Positions 42,226-54,299 of a stretch of 64,000 bases of DNA are shown here, one piece after another. The stretch comes from Podospora anserina (taxonomy: Eukaryota): positions 1,612,001 to 1,676,000 of the forward strand of contig CM030332.1 of the NCBI GenBank assembly GCA_017654855.1. Direction: 5' to 3'. Every line of letters begins with the position of its first letter. The stretch's first letter is position 1. The notes under the pieces were generated by a model, which saw only the letters and a program-made list of their open reading frames with translations, made no database searches and had not been told where the DNA came from. The translations under genes and the position numbers were made by a program.

Positions 42226-44598
42226 ATGTTTCTCCGCAAAACACGCCGAAAAGTACCCCTCAAACCCCCTCACCTCCGCCCACCTCCTCCAAGCTCCTAC
42301 CGCAAACTCCCCCTCTACCTCACCCTCACCCTCTGCCTCATAGCCCTCATCATCTTCCCCCTCGCCATCCTCCCCGTAGCCTCCGCCAAATCCACCGTCT
42401 CCAATGAACCCGCCCCAGGAGAACCCATCATCGGCATCGACCTCGGCACCACCTTCTCCTGCGTGGGCGTCATGAAAGATGGCAAAGTCGACATCATCGC
42501 CAACGACCAAGGAAGCCGAATCACACCAAGCTACGTAGCCTGGACCAAAGAAGGGGAGAGGTTGGTGGGCGAGGGGGCCAAGAACCAATTTGCGAGCAAC
42601 CCCAGGAACACGATATTTGATATCAAGCGGTTGATCGGGAGGTCGTTTTCAGACAAGGGGGTGCAGGAGGATGCGAAACATATGCCTTTTACCGTTAAGA
42701 AGAGCGGGACGACGGGTGGTCCGGTGGTGGAGGTTGACGTTTCTGGACAAGGGGACATGAAGACGTTTACTCCGGAGGAAATCAGTGCGATGGTGCTGGG
42801 GAAGATGAAGGAGGTTGCCGAGGGGTTTCTTGGTGTGCCGTGAGTATTTTCTTCTTTCCACACCCTGTTGGAAAAACGTGCTGACATGACCTTTCTCAGA
42901 GTCAAGCACGCCGTGGTCACCGTCCCGGCCTACTTCAGCGACAAACAACGCCAGGCGACCAAAGACGCAGGCCTCATCGCCGGCCTCAACATCGTCCGTG
43001 TCATCAACGAGCCCACCGCCGCCGCTTTAGCCTACGGCATCGACAAAGTTGATGGCGAACGCACCATCCTCGTCTACGACCTCGGAGGCGGCACATTTGA
43101 CGTCTCGTTGCTTCAGCTCGAGGACGGTGTGTTTGAAGTCTTGTCAACAGCAGGCGACACAAGACTGGGCGGCGAGGATTTCGACAACAAAGTCATCAAG
43201 CACCTCGCTACCCAGTTCTCCAAGGCCAATGGTGGAGCCGATGTGACGAACGACGTCAAAGCGATGGGCAAGCTGAAGAGGGAGGCTGAGAAAGCCAAAC
43301 GGACGCTGAGTTCGCAGATGAGTGCTAGGGTTGAGATTGAGGGGTTGCACAAGGGGTTGGACTTTGAGTACACGCTCACCAGGGCCAATTTTGAGAAGTT
43401 GAATATGGCCATGTTCAAGAAGACGCTGAAGACGGTGGAGCAGGCGCTGAAAGATGCAAAGGTTGACAAGAAGGATGTGACTGATATCGTGATGGTGGGA
43501 GGGTCGACGAGGATTCCAAAGATTCGCGAGTTGGTCGAGGCGTACTTTGGGAAGAAGGTTAGCCTGGGAGTTAATCCCGATGAGGCTGTTGCTCATGGAG
43601 CTGCGCTGCAGGGCGGTGTAAGCGTTCACATTTCAAAGCCGCAAGGGAAAGATGCTGATATTTCTGTTAGATCATTGCCGGCGAGGAATTCATGATCACG
43701 AACGCTATTTTGGACATCACCCCCCTCACGCTGGGTATCGAGACCACAGGTGGAGTCATGGTAGGCGCATTCACCTTGATTGCCATACGGAGAGTGATTC
43801 CATGAGCTGACAGGAGAGAAGACCAAGTTGATCTTGCGAAACACGGCGATTCCCACGGTAAGTCCTCAGAACTCATGGCAGTCTCTCCGTCTCACTAACC
43901 GGGCCGCAGAAAAAATCCCAAATCTTTTCAACAGCAGCGGACAACCAAAACGTTGTTCAGATCAAGGTCTACGAGGGCGAGCGCGCACTGACCAAGGACA
44001 ACAACCTCCTGGGCAAATTCGAACTCACCGGCATCCCACCAGCACCAAGAGGTGTCCCCCAGATCGAGGTCTCGTTTACGATTGACGTCAATGGTATCTT
44101 GGAAGTCACCGCCCACGACAAGGGTACCGGGAAGGCAGAGAGCGTTACGATTACCAACGACCGAGGACGGCTGTCTGCCGAGGAAATCGAGCGTTTGATC
44201 TTGGAGGCCGAGGGGTATGCCGAGAAAGATAAGGAGATTCGAGAGCGGATCGAAGCCAGAAATGGGCTTGAGAACTACGCTTTTAGCCTCAAGAACCAGG
44301 TGAATGATGAACAGGGCATGGGTGGCAGGATTGATGGTGATGATAAGGATACTGTAAGTCGAGTTCCCAGACCTGTTGTTTGGACTGGTGCTAACGATGA
44401 TTCCAGATCATGGATGCCCTGAGCGAGGCGATGGGGTGGTTGGATGAGAATGCCGCTACGGCGACGGCGGAGGACTTTGAAGAACAGAAGGAAAGGCTGT
44501 CGAATGTGGCTTATCCCATCACCAGCAAACTGTACGCCGAGTCTGGCGGTAGTGGTGCTGGCTACGATGACGAGCCGGATATTCATGATGAGTTGTAG
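42226..44598 (+). CDS. ER-lumen Hsp70 (BiP/Kar2-like, divergent), ends IHDEL; exons ~42226-42839, 42900-43617, 43671-43760, 43822-43857, 43910-44353, 44407-44598
   Basis: Signal sequence; [75 protein letters not shown] retention signal. Confidence 0.9.
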
Positions 44599-45404
44599 AA
44601 ATGTACTTGGAACTGTGTTTTGACCGGGTACCAGTTCCATGCTGGTCAGGATGGATATTGAACAGAGACCTGGTTTAGGACCAGATTACCGTAGATATCC
44701 ATCAAACAGACCGAGTTTCACAGTTTGTTTGTGGCGGTTGATATACTCAAAGTGTGTCTATAGCAGAAACATCTCGACTTGCAATGATTCTACAGCAAAC
44801 AGATGCCAGTTGGCCTGGTGTCCAGATAAGTCGAAGCTTCTCAACCTGTGCAAATCATGCTGGCCCCGGATTGGGAACGATGCTTGGGTCGGTTAAACAT
44901 CGGTGCAGACTTCCCCAGACCGGAGGTGGAGCCTTCTCCCAGGTTCCAGGTTGCCCCGTGCTTGAGAGGATTGGGGGAAGGCTCGGCAGGTGGCTGAAGA
45001 CGAAAATACCGAGGTTCACGAGCGCTTTCGACCACCCAAGAAGGGTCGCTCCAGAACCAAGGCTCTCCACCCTTCTCTGCCGTCATCTTGAAAATCACCC
45101 CTTCACCCTTCTCTGCGCCTGGGACGCATTGCCTCCACCCATCCTTCCCTCTTTGATTTTAAGCCAGAAGCGACCTACACGATATTCTCGCACCAACAAC
45201 GACTGACTCTTCTTTGTTGCTCCGACAAATACGCGTGGGGCTGGTGTGTGTGGGCGGCTACCGAGGCCAGGCATCGACCAGTTTGCGACCTGTTCGCTGT
45301 GACCCGCTGTTGCCACCCCGGAAACCCTTGTCCGCCGGCTGAGCGCGCCTCTGTGCTTTTCTCAACATCCCAGCAACAGCAACTCTCCCCCCGTTTGCAA
45401 CACG

Positions 45405-46867
45405 ATGGCATCGCCGCCAAAACCGTGGGAAAGACCAGGCGCAGCGTCTGGAACGACTGGTTAGTGCCTCCTTTATTATCATACGCTCATTCGGATTCAT
45501 TCAGAGCATCTTACTAATCACGCAACAATAGCAACTCTTTCTTCCCCATCCTCAGCCGCTCCAGCTGCGACAACAACTGCGACTCCCAACGCACTTTCCA
45601 ATCCCGCCATGGCGACTTCCACCACAACCGCGTCCGGTACCCCGCCGATACCGCCAGTTCCGGCCTCTCTGACCTCTTCGGTCACACAGAACGCGGCTGC
45701 TTACAGCAGGCCATACGCCGCCTCGCCCTATGGCGGAGGTTACGGTTCAGCCTACTCGTCGCCCTACTCATCACCATACAACAGATATGGCGCTATGGGC
45801 GGTATGGGTGGTTATGGGGGCTATGGAAGTAGCATGTATGGAGGCATGGGTGGATATGGTGGCGGCATGTACGGAGGAGGCATGTACGGGGGCGGGATGC
45901 CAGGAGACCCAAACAACCCGGAGAGTCTCACCAACCGCTTCAACATGAGCACCCAGGCCACCTTCCAGATGCTCGAAGGCATTGTGGGCGCCTTCGGAGG
46001 ATTTGCCCAGATGCTGGAGAGCACTTACATGGCCACGCATTCCAGCTTCTTCGGTAAGTGACGTCGCCAACAGATTGATATTGGCGCGAGACTGACGTTA
46101 TCATAGCCATGGTATCTGTGGCCGAACAGTTTGGAAACCTACGTGACACCCTCGGCTCAGTCTTGGGTATCTTTACCCTGATGCGTTGGATTCGCACCCT
46201 GATCGCCAGGATTACAGGCAGACCCCCACCGGTGGATGCCACAGCCCTCACGCCCGCTGCGTTCGCCCGCTTCGAGGGCCGCAAGCTTCCCGACGGCAGC
46301 GCCCCACCCAAGCCCAGCCGCAAGCCTCTCTTCTTCTTCCTCCTCGCCGCCTTCGGCCTTCCGATGATCATGAGCAGGATTATCCGAGGGCTGGCTGCCA
46401 GCGCTGAAGAAGAGGAGCGCAAGCGCCAAATCATGGCTGCTCAGCAAGTTGTTGACCCCAACAATCTTGTCTTCTGCCGCGTGCTCTACGACTTTACCCC
46501 TGCCAATAGCGGTCCGGCTGCCGTTCAGGGAGTCGATATCCAGGTGCACAAGGGCGACTTTGTTGCCGTCCTGAGCAAGAGCGATCCCATGGGCAACCCA
46601 AGCGAGTGGTGGAAGTGCCGCGCTCGCGATGGAAGAATTGGATATCTCCCTGCGAATTTCCTCGAAGTTATGCGCAAGCCCAACGAGCCCATCGCTGCCA
46701 TCAAGAACACCCCCGCCAGCGAGAGCAGTAGAACTAGCTCCTTGACCAGCTCCGTCAGCGCCCCTGGCACGCTCAGCACGAACCCCCTGAAGGCCCCCCC
46801 GATGCCGACAACCAAGGTTGGCGACGTGACCGTGGAGAGCTTCCAGAAGTCAACGTTCCAATCTTAG
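45405..46867 (+). CDS. PEX13: Peroxisomal docking peroxin Pex13; exons 45405-45459, 45532-46053, 46107-46867
   Basis: MASPPKPWE start; YG-rich domain; TQATFQMLEGIVGAFGGFAQMLESTYMATHSSFFAMVSVAEQF; SH3 domain (CRVLYDF...EWWKCRARDGRIGYLPANFL). Confidence 0.96.
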
Positions 46868-47227
46868 AAGGAGGCCAATGTCATACCTGGACCTGTTATC
46901 AGTACGCACTCGGCACAGCCGGTTCCTGCTTCTGCGCATCCAAGCCGACGCTCTCATTCTCAGCCAGAGCTTTCCATCATTTTACAAGAGTTTAGGAAGA
47001 CGAGGATGACTCCAGTGCCGCGCTACGATAAGCAGTCGGGAACTATGGTATACGTGAATCCCCTGACCGGGGCCCCTGTGATGAATGGAAACCCGGTTGT
47101 GCATTACCAAGATCCTTCACAACAGGCTGCCCACAATCCTCGACAGGGACTCTCGCTTGAAGATTTACTCTGGATGGGCAATGTGAAGCATGCGAAGCGG
47201 GTGAAGAAGGCGAAGACGACGTTCTGA
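46868..47227 (+). other. Stop-free in-frame continuation (119 codons plus TGA) after the PEX13 TAG; candidate cryptic C-terminal extension
   Basis: Reads KEANVIPGPVISTHSAQPVPASAHPSRRSHSQPELSIILQEFRKTR then MTPVPRYDKQ...KHAKRVKKAKTTF* in the PEX13 frame. Confidence 0.6.
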
Positions 47228-48532
47228 GACCGTACAACAACAGCAGCATTACAGCCTTTCTCTCTTTTTTGTGTGTATTTCAGCAGCAACAAACCCGACT
47301 ATTAATATCCCACGAACTCGATGTACCGCGACGAAGGTCATAACGTCAGCATATCTTACCGATGCGAGTCCGATCTCTTTTTTGGCAAAGGGGGAGGGGG
47401 GGAGGATGACGGAACGAAGGAAGGATAGGAAGGAGTGGGAAACGGGTTAACGAAAAGAATCTTTTTCATACAACAAAGTCATGGCGTTTTTTTTTCCTTT
47501 TTTGGAGTTGATGATGACACCATACAGAGCATCAGTTATTCTTGATGAAGCGATGGGAATGAAATTCCTATTATTATTGTACTTTTGTTCTGTTTGCTTG
47601 GGGGGATTTGGGGGGTATTGTAAGCGATAAGGGGGGGGAAGAGCGATTTATTTTGGGACTTGTGTGGTGACGAGGAAGGGTGTGTGTGTGTGTGTGGTTT
47701 TGATAGTTGTATTAAATGAGAGGTATCTTGAACATTGTGCTGTTTGGTTGTTCTATTCCGTTGGTCATGGGATGTTACCCATTGTAGGCTCAACAAGTGT
47801 GGACAGTTGCTACGAGGTGAACAATTTGCATGTGATAGGCACGGCTAGGCCGCGTGTCCTGAACATGTACGTCAGTGTCGCGTGGTGTCTCCAGTTTGGA
47901 TGGATTTCCATGTTGCACTTTTGGTGGAGCAAAACGCAGAAACATATATTGAAACATGGGACGACAAAGAAAGAGCCTCCTCACCATATAACATGATAAT
48001 GGCAGTAAACTCAAAACCTGGGATTCACTACCTTGGGCATCTGGCCAAAAAGGCAAAAAGGGAAAGAGGACTGTTCTACTTTCATAGCCTCTGTTTGGTT
48101 CTTTGATAGCCATATCATACAAAATTAAAAAACCCCTCATCCTTCCCCATCCTTCTCGTCCCTTCCCTCTGAAATTCATCGAATGTTATTTTCGCCTCCT
48201 TCTTTCTCTCTTGCTCTGGCCTTATTCGTCGCTGCCAATCTCTGTAATTTCCCCCGTTTCTGTTTCTTGCCCCCCTAACCGACGCCCAAAGAGAAACAGT
48301 GATAAAATGGTTTTTTTTTATAAAAAAAAAAAGACATCCCCCCTTGATGAGATAGAAGGGGAAAGACCACAACCATGAAATGACCAAGACCCCAGTCCCA
48401 GGGCAGAGACAAAGTCGCCATAACGAAAAAAAAAATGTATACAATATTCCCGTGATAAAGAAAAGGTTACCCGCAGAGCAAAGCGAGAAAAGGAGGCATG
48501 GATGGTGTTGATGTCCCCGCCGAAAGAAGAAA

Positions 48533-50416
48533 TTACCACTCGTACTCCCCCGTAGCCTTGTGGAAGACATACTCCTTGCCGTTCACAGTCAGGACGCCAT
48601 CCTTGAGTGTGCACTTCCTGTAGCCCAGGGTATTAGTATCTGAAATGTTATACAAGTTTCGTGGGAGTAGAGAGACGCACCACTTATTCTTCACCCTCTG
48701 CACCTTGTCATACATGCAAAGCATCATATGCCCCATGTCATCATCTTCATCATCGTCCTCCTTATTGTCGTCAGAGTCGTCCAAGTCAGAGTTGATCGCA
48801 TCGTCATCCAAATCCTCATCGTTCATGTCATCCTCCCCACCATCAACCTGGGAGGGACCCCCAGCAGCGCGGTTCCGTCTATTGTCAAGGCTGCGGACCT
48901 TGGTGGCCTGCTTCAGAGGAAGCATCAGGCCGCCGCCCTCCATCTGCTTGGCTCGGGCGGCGATCTGGGCGTGAAGATGATCATCAATCTCGACGCGGCC
49001 CATCTCGACAGCCCGGCCTTCGGCGTTGCGGCGCATCATGACAGCCTCCCAGCAATCATCGCTAGGGCCATCAGTCTGGGCATTAGGCAAGTTGTTAGGG
49101 GCAATCCCACGCTGCTGCTGAGCCTGTTGAGCCTGTAGCTGCATGCGTTGCTGCATCTGTTGCTGCATCTGTCGTTGATACACCTGCTCTGGGGTCAGCT
49201 GCTGAGGTCCACCCTGCTGTGGCCGTTGCATGTGCTGTTGCTGAATCTGCTGAGGGTGTTGGGGGCGTTGTTGTTGAGGATGCTGTGGGTGTTGCTGATA
49301 CTGCTGCTGCTGAGGGTGTTGCTGGTGTTGAGAATGTTGCTGGTGTTGAGCATGTTGTTGCTGGACCTGCTGTTGCTGCTGTTGGGCTTGGCCAACGTTC
49401 CCTTGTCCGACCTTACCATTACCGTTGGACATGGAGGCAATGGAGGCAGCAGCTCCCTCGCCGTACTTGTTCTGCAAAGCCTGCACAGCCCGGGTAGCGG
49501 CTATGCTGGGGTTGACAGTAGGCAGGCTAGGGTGGGAGGCATTTTGATAACCAGGATGCACGGGCTGAGAGCCAGCGCCGGGTTCCTGCTTGATAGCGAC
49601 CGGCTCAGACCTGACCAACCCTGGCTCCTGCTTGACGGGCACCCCGTTGGAATGAGGCTGGTTGATATTTGGCAGCGAGAGAGGTTGAGCTGAAGTCTGA
49701 GGGCTCAACGTAGACTGGGTATAAGCCGCCTGCGGTGGGGGAGCGGCTTGCGGCGCTGGAGCCGGGGGAGCGGCTGGTTGAGCTGGAGGAGCGGGCTGCT
49801 CTGGCTTCGGGTCCCAGGGAAACTGGGCCACATTGAGCTGCGAGAGCTTCATTTGCCATTTCTGCAGCTTGTGTTAGTCTCATTCATACACATGGCTCCC
49901 TGTAAGAGGGGCAATAAGAAAACAGAAGGAGAGGGGGGGCCCTCTAGCAGGGTGCCACGTGATCAAGCGTGAGACCATCCAATCGGAAGGCAGTGTTGGG
50001 GAATGGAGTAAGTTCGCAGCAGCGGGGAAGGGACTTAAAAAGAGACCCAAAAGCACTGGGCCGCCCACTCCGAGGCAGCTCGCTCTCCACCCCTCTTTGC
50101 GTCCCAGGAGGCCCAGGCAGTCCAGCCCGTCAGCCAACACCGCCCGAACGAAGGGACCGACACTTGTCGCGCCCCTCAACCTCAATCTCGACCACCACCA
50201 ACCATCACCAACATCTTCTCATCTCAATCGACAAACGGTGCGCATCGACACGCAAGCAGGTAAGGAGACAGGGACAGGAATACGGGTTTGCCTCACCTTC
50301 TTCAGGTCCTCGAGCACGCCATCCTCAACACCATTCTCCTCGAAATCAACGCGCACAGCGTCGATGACTCCCTGAATCACAGCCTCGTAAACCTGGCCAA
50401 CGTGAACGTTCGACAT
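48533..50416 (-). CDS. TOA1: TFIIA large subunit Toa1; exons ~50416-50297, 49861-48681, 48617-48533
   Basis: MSNVHVGQVYEAVIQGVIDAVRVDFEENGV...KWQMKLSQLNVAQFPWD; Q-rich middle; QVDG; DAINSDLDD; MLCMYDKVQRVKNKWKCTLKDG...FHKATGEYEW. Confidence 0.94.
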
Positions 50417-51601
50417 CTTGACGAGTCAAAAAAGCTGCAGCGAAAACAACAACAGCGAGCGAAGCTTGGCTATCTGCGATCGATATGACTTTCTTCGTGT
50501 GGGTTCGTCAAACGGTGGTTGCCTTGACGTTTGTGAGATTGACTAGCAGTTTCTCTCTACCGACTCCTTCTTTCTCTCTACGTTTTGCACGGCAAAAACG
50601 GGGCGTCGGCTGGGTTGCGCCGGCGGAAAATATGATTCGGAGTCGATGGTTCGCGGATGAGATATCCCGAAGGGAGGGAGGTGGGAAGTCGGTCTGAACT
50701 GCTAGACGTTTTCTCTTGCACTCTGATTCCTCGATTGCTTGTCCTGCCACGTCGCTTTGAAAAAAGAGAGGAACTCCCTCTTTCTCGTGACACCTGTCTT
50801 GTCTAGATGGAAAGTGCAGCGATTCAGCAATAACTCTGCAGTGTGATATGCCCGTGTTGCGCCGCGGGTCTGGGTTGCTGTTTCGCCTGGGAGTGATGTA
50901 TTGGGCAAGTTGAACGAATCCGCCAGAGGCCTGTTGAAGTACTGAGGCCTGATTAGTCATCTGGCTCGAGCACCAACAGCCACCCGGCACCTGCCTTCTG
51001 ATTGGCCAGCCCGCTTTTATTAGTGAGTTCAGGGCGCTCGGCACTTTTAACCGCAGTAGAAACAGCATTACCTGCCCTGGAACTCTGCATCAATTCAGCG
51101 ACCATTATCACGAAAGTAAATCAACCTGAAGGATATCATCACATAGTTCATCCCAATTGGTCACTATTCCATACCCCATATCTAAAACAAAAACTCCAAC
51201 GCCTGTTTCCTATTCTCCGAAAAATTACAAGTATGCTACTGTTTTTGTACAGTTTTGTTCCCTAGTCCATAGCCATGAAACAAGAGAAGGGGGGTATCTT
51301 ATGCCAACAAATATGTCCCAGTTGTTGATGTTCGTAAACCTCATGACCAAGCCGATTTTCATTCATTCCCGCTTCGAAAAAAGTGCCGCCTCAAACAATG
51401 CCAGAGTGTGGGCAAGAGAGAGAGAGTATCCGTAAGAACTCCGAGTGAATGCTCCTTTCCCAACCCCAACGCCGCGCTGAAACGACCAAAGTGCAGGAAT
51501 CCCATAGGGAACCGTTGTTATACCTACCGTTGGTTGAACAATTGACTATGATCAGACAGGATCATTGTGTTGTTGTTGTCGTATCGTCATGTAGTATTGC
51601 T

Positions 51602-53389
51602 TTAGCGGATCGTCATCTGCTTGCTGAGCCCAGCCTTGGCCGACGACCCAGAGCTTCCGACACCAGCACCAGCACCGGCCTTCTTCTCAAACACCTTCCA
51701 GAACTTCAAGCTCTCATCGGCAGCAGCGGTAGCCAGCATCTGACCATCAGGGCTGAGGCAGCTGTGGAGGACTCTGCTCTCGTGGGCGGGAATCTCGACG
51801 TTGCGGACGAGGGTAGGGTAGCTCCAGATGCTGAGAGAGTTGTCGGGGAAACCGCTTGAGCTGACGATCTCGCGGTAGTGAGGGCTCCACCGGAGGCTGG
51901 TGACCTGAGAGCCGGTGTCGATGCTGTTGACGCGGGCACCGGAAGTGGTGTTCCAGAAGTGGATGTGGCGATCGTACGAGCCGCCACCAGTAGCAAGGAG
52001 GTTCATGTTCCATGGGCACCAGGCAAGAGCCTTGACGGCGGCCTTGTGGTTGGTCTTGGTGAACTTGGGAACGGCGAGAGAGCGAGCATCCCAGATGGAG
52101 ACAAGATTGTCATTGCCGCCGGTAGCAAGCTGGGCACCATCAGAGCGCCACTCAAGGCCGCAAACCTCAGAGGTGTGAGAGGCGAGCTCGGCAACCTTGT
52201 GCTCCGCGATACGGACATCATGGTTGAAGACCAGGCCGCTGCGGGAACCAGTAGACAAAAGATGCTTGTTCCAGCCCATGACGCCAACACGAGTCTCATG
52301 GCCGTGCATGCTGCGGATCTTGACACCCTCAGCGACATCCCAGATCTGAACCTCGCCTGTGCCGAGACCGACACCGACGTAAGCACCATCACCGGACCAC
52401 TTGACACTGCTAACATAGGTATCGGGGGTGGTTTCGAGGAGACAACTGACGGCACCCTCATCGGCCGACCAGACATATACGTTGCGCTCCAAGCCAATGG
52501 CGACCTGGTTTCCTGAGCTCCAGTCGAGCAGGTTGAGGTAGTAGTCGTCAATGAGACCAGGGGCATCGAGAACACGCTCGGGGGCTGTCGCAATGCGCCG
52601 TCTGAACTGAGGAGGGGCATTCGCGGGCTTCAGTGGCCGGTTGTATTGCTGACGAAGATCAATAGGCTTTGAAGACTCTGGTGGGGCAGGCTTGAACTGA
52701 AGGATACGGGTGTTCAAGTTGACACCACAGGCATCGGCAAGAGAGTCTTGATAGGCAACGCTGTTGGGCGAAGGGCGAGAATAGGACTCCTCTTCCTCCT
52801 CTTCAATGTTGAGACCCTCGAGGGCAGAAAGAGCATCATCAGCAGCAGAGGCAACGATGGAAGAGGCCTCGCTATGGCCAGTTCTCGAGCGCTGCTTCTC
52901 CTGGAGGTCGAGCTTTCCCGAACCGACATTGGCGATGGCCGAGCTAGCTCCCCGGTTGGGAATGAAGCGATCGGCGTTGTAGGAGATGGTGGTCTTGGAT
53001 GACTTTTGCTTGACGTGCGTGGTCTTCCTGGCCTTGGGAGAGACCTTGGTGGGGACACCAGTGCCAGTCAAGGTGAAGTCGGAAACACCAAGCTCGAGCG
53101 CCTTGCGAGGGGTCGAGACACCAGCGGCAATGTTGGACTTGGGAGAGTCGCGGTGATGGCTCTTGCTTGAAGCTCTGGCAAGGCGAGCACCAAGGTTGCC
53201 GCCGTAGACTGGCTTGGAAGCGCCACGCTCATTGCTCGACTTCTCGGGGGTGAATGGAGAGGAGTTGAGGTTGATGGGGATGGCACGCTGACGAGGGGAG
53301 GGGGTCAAGGGCATGCGACCACCGGCGGTGCGGGAGGAGAAGAGACCCGTGTGGGACTTGAGGGGAGTTGATACTGTAGCGGTAGCCAT
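51602..53389 (-). CDS. CDC20: APC/C activator Cdc20/Slp1 (WD40), intronless
   Basis: C-box DRFIPNR; RILQFKPAPP; PERVLDAPGLIDDYYLNLLDW; WD40 repeats; C-terminal IR tail. Confidence 0.95.
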   Translation of the reverse strand: MATATVSTPLKSHTGLFSSRTAGGRMPLTPSPRQRAIPINLNSSPFTPEKSSNERGASKPVYGGNLGARLARASSKSHHRDSPKSNIAAGVSTPRKALELGVSDFTLTGTGVPTKVSPKARKTTHVKQKSSKTTISYNADRFIPNRGASSAIANVGSGKLDLQEKQRSRTGHSEASSIVASAADDALSALEGLNIEEEEEESYSRPSPNSVAYQDSLADACGVNLNTRILQFKPAPPESSKPIDLRQQYNRPLKPANAPPQFRRRIATAPERVLDAPGLIDDYYLNLLDWSSGNQVAIGLERNVYVWSADEGAVSCLLETTPDTYVSSVKWSGDGAYVGVGLGTGEVQIWDVAEGVKIRSMHGHETRVGVMGWNKHLLSTGSRSGLVFNHDVRIAEHKVAELASHTSEVCGLEWRSDGAQLATGGNDNLVSIWDARSLAVPKFTKTNHKAAVKALAWCPWNMNLLATGGGSYDRHIHFWNTTSGARVNSIDTGSQVTSLRWSPHYREIVSSSGFPDNSLSIWSYPTLVRNVEIPAHESRVLHSCLSPDGQMLATAAADESLKFWKVFEKKAGAGAGVGSSGSSAKAGLSKQMTIR

Positions 53390-53788
53390 GTTGGTGACTG
53401 TACTCGTGCTGGTATCGAATATCTCAAGGAGGCGCCAGTGATAGACTGCTATTGGGAGATGGGGTGGAGTGTCGACCAGTCGAGTACTTCAGGTGACCCC
53501 GGATAATGGTTACAATTATCGATTTTTTGTTTTGCGATTTGTCGATTATCGGTACCAAAAATGTGCCAAAAAAGAAGCCTCGGTGAATAGGGACAACCAG
53601 ACGGGCTCGAAGTGATTCTTGCGTATAGGGGCTTGCAATGTTCTAGGGTTGTTTGCTGATGAAGCGGATGGAATATTTAGAATGCAGTGCAAAGCAAAAC
53701 TCCAAAAAGATGAAGTGATGTTTTGTGTGTGATGGTACGAGGAAGGAGAGCTCTGGGACATGAGAGGAAGGAAGGATGGTGATTTAAA

Positions 53789-53795
53789 TGTTTAC
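53789..53795 (-). promoter_or_regulatory. Forkhead-type site GTAAACA upstream of CDC20
   Basis: tgtttac on the + strand, ~400 bp from the CDC20 start; fits G2/M forkhead control known in yeasts; a single short motif. Confidence 0.25.
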
Positions 53796-54299
53796 ATGTT
53801 GTTGTCCAGGCAACGACCGCCAGCTGTTCTCTGCACTTGCTCTTCCCCACCTTTTTTGAGCCAGCTGGCTGCAACCCCCTGATGACAAGGCTGCGCCCGG
53901 CCTGGTCTGTGGGATCTGCACGGGGCGCTGTTAGCAAGGCCCTGGCCCCCGCAAGCCCCTGTTCTGTCGCATGTCGATAAGGAAACGCCAAGAGTTAAGC
54001 ACTCTTCTACCCGCCGCCGCAAACCATCCTTGAACCATCCCACGCCAACAACGACACATGCAACAACAAACTTTCGGCGAGCAACTGTCTCTTCTCAATC
54101 TACCATGACCGCGCCCGACTTGCATTGACCGGCCTGAACTTGCTCTGACCCTAAGGGAAGAATCTTTCGGCCTATTCTGCTGTATAGGGTGGCTTGAATG
54201 TCTGCCTGGCGTTCTCGTAGGGCATTCTTGCAGTAATTAACTGGACACTCAGCAGCAAGGAAGCGAAACGAACAACTCCATTTTGCCTTTGCAGCCACC

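Noticed and set aside
44596-44661. Readthrough or editing of the BiP-like TAG that would mask HDEL
   Set aside because: Only 20 codons to the next stop, which is what chance predicts
47006-47227. 73-aa ORF as a stand-alone gene
   Set aside because: Only 138 nt after the PEX13 stop, in frame with it and with no intervening stop; better explained as part of the PEX13 extension, although a downstream ORF is not excluded
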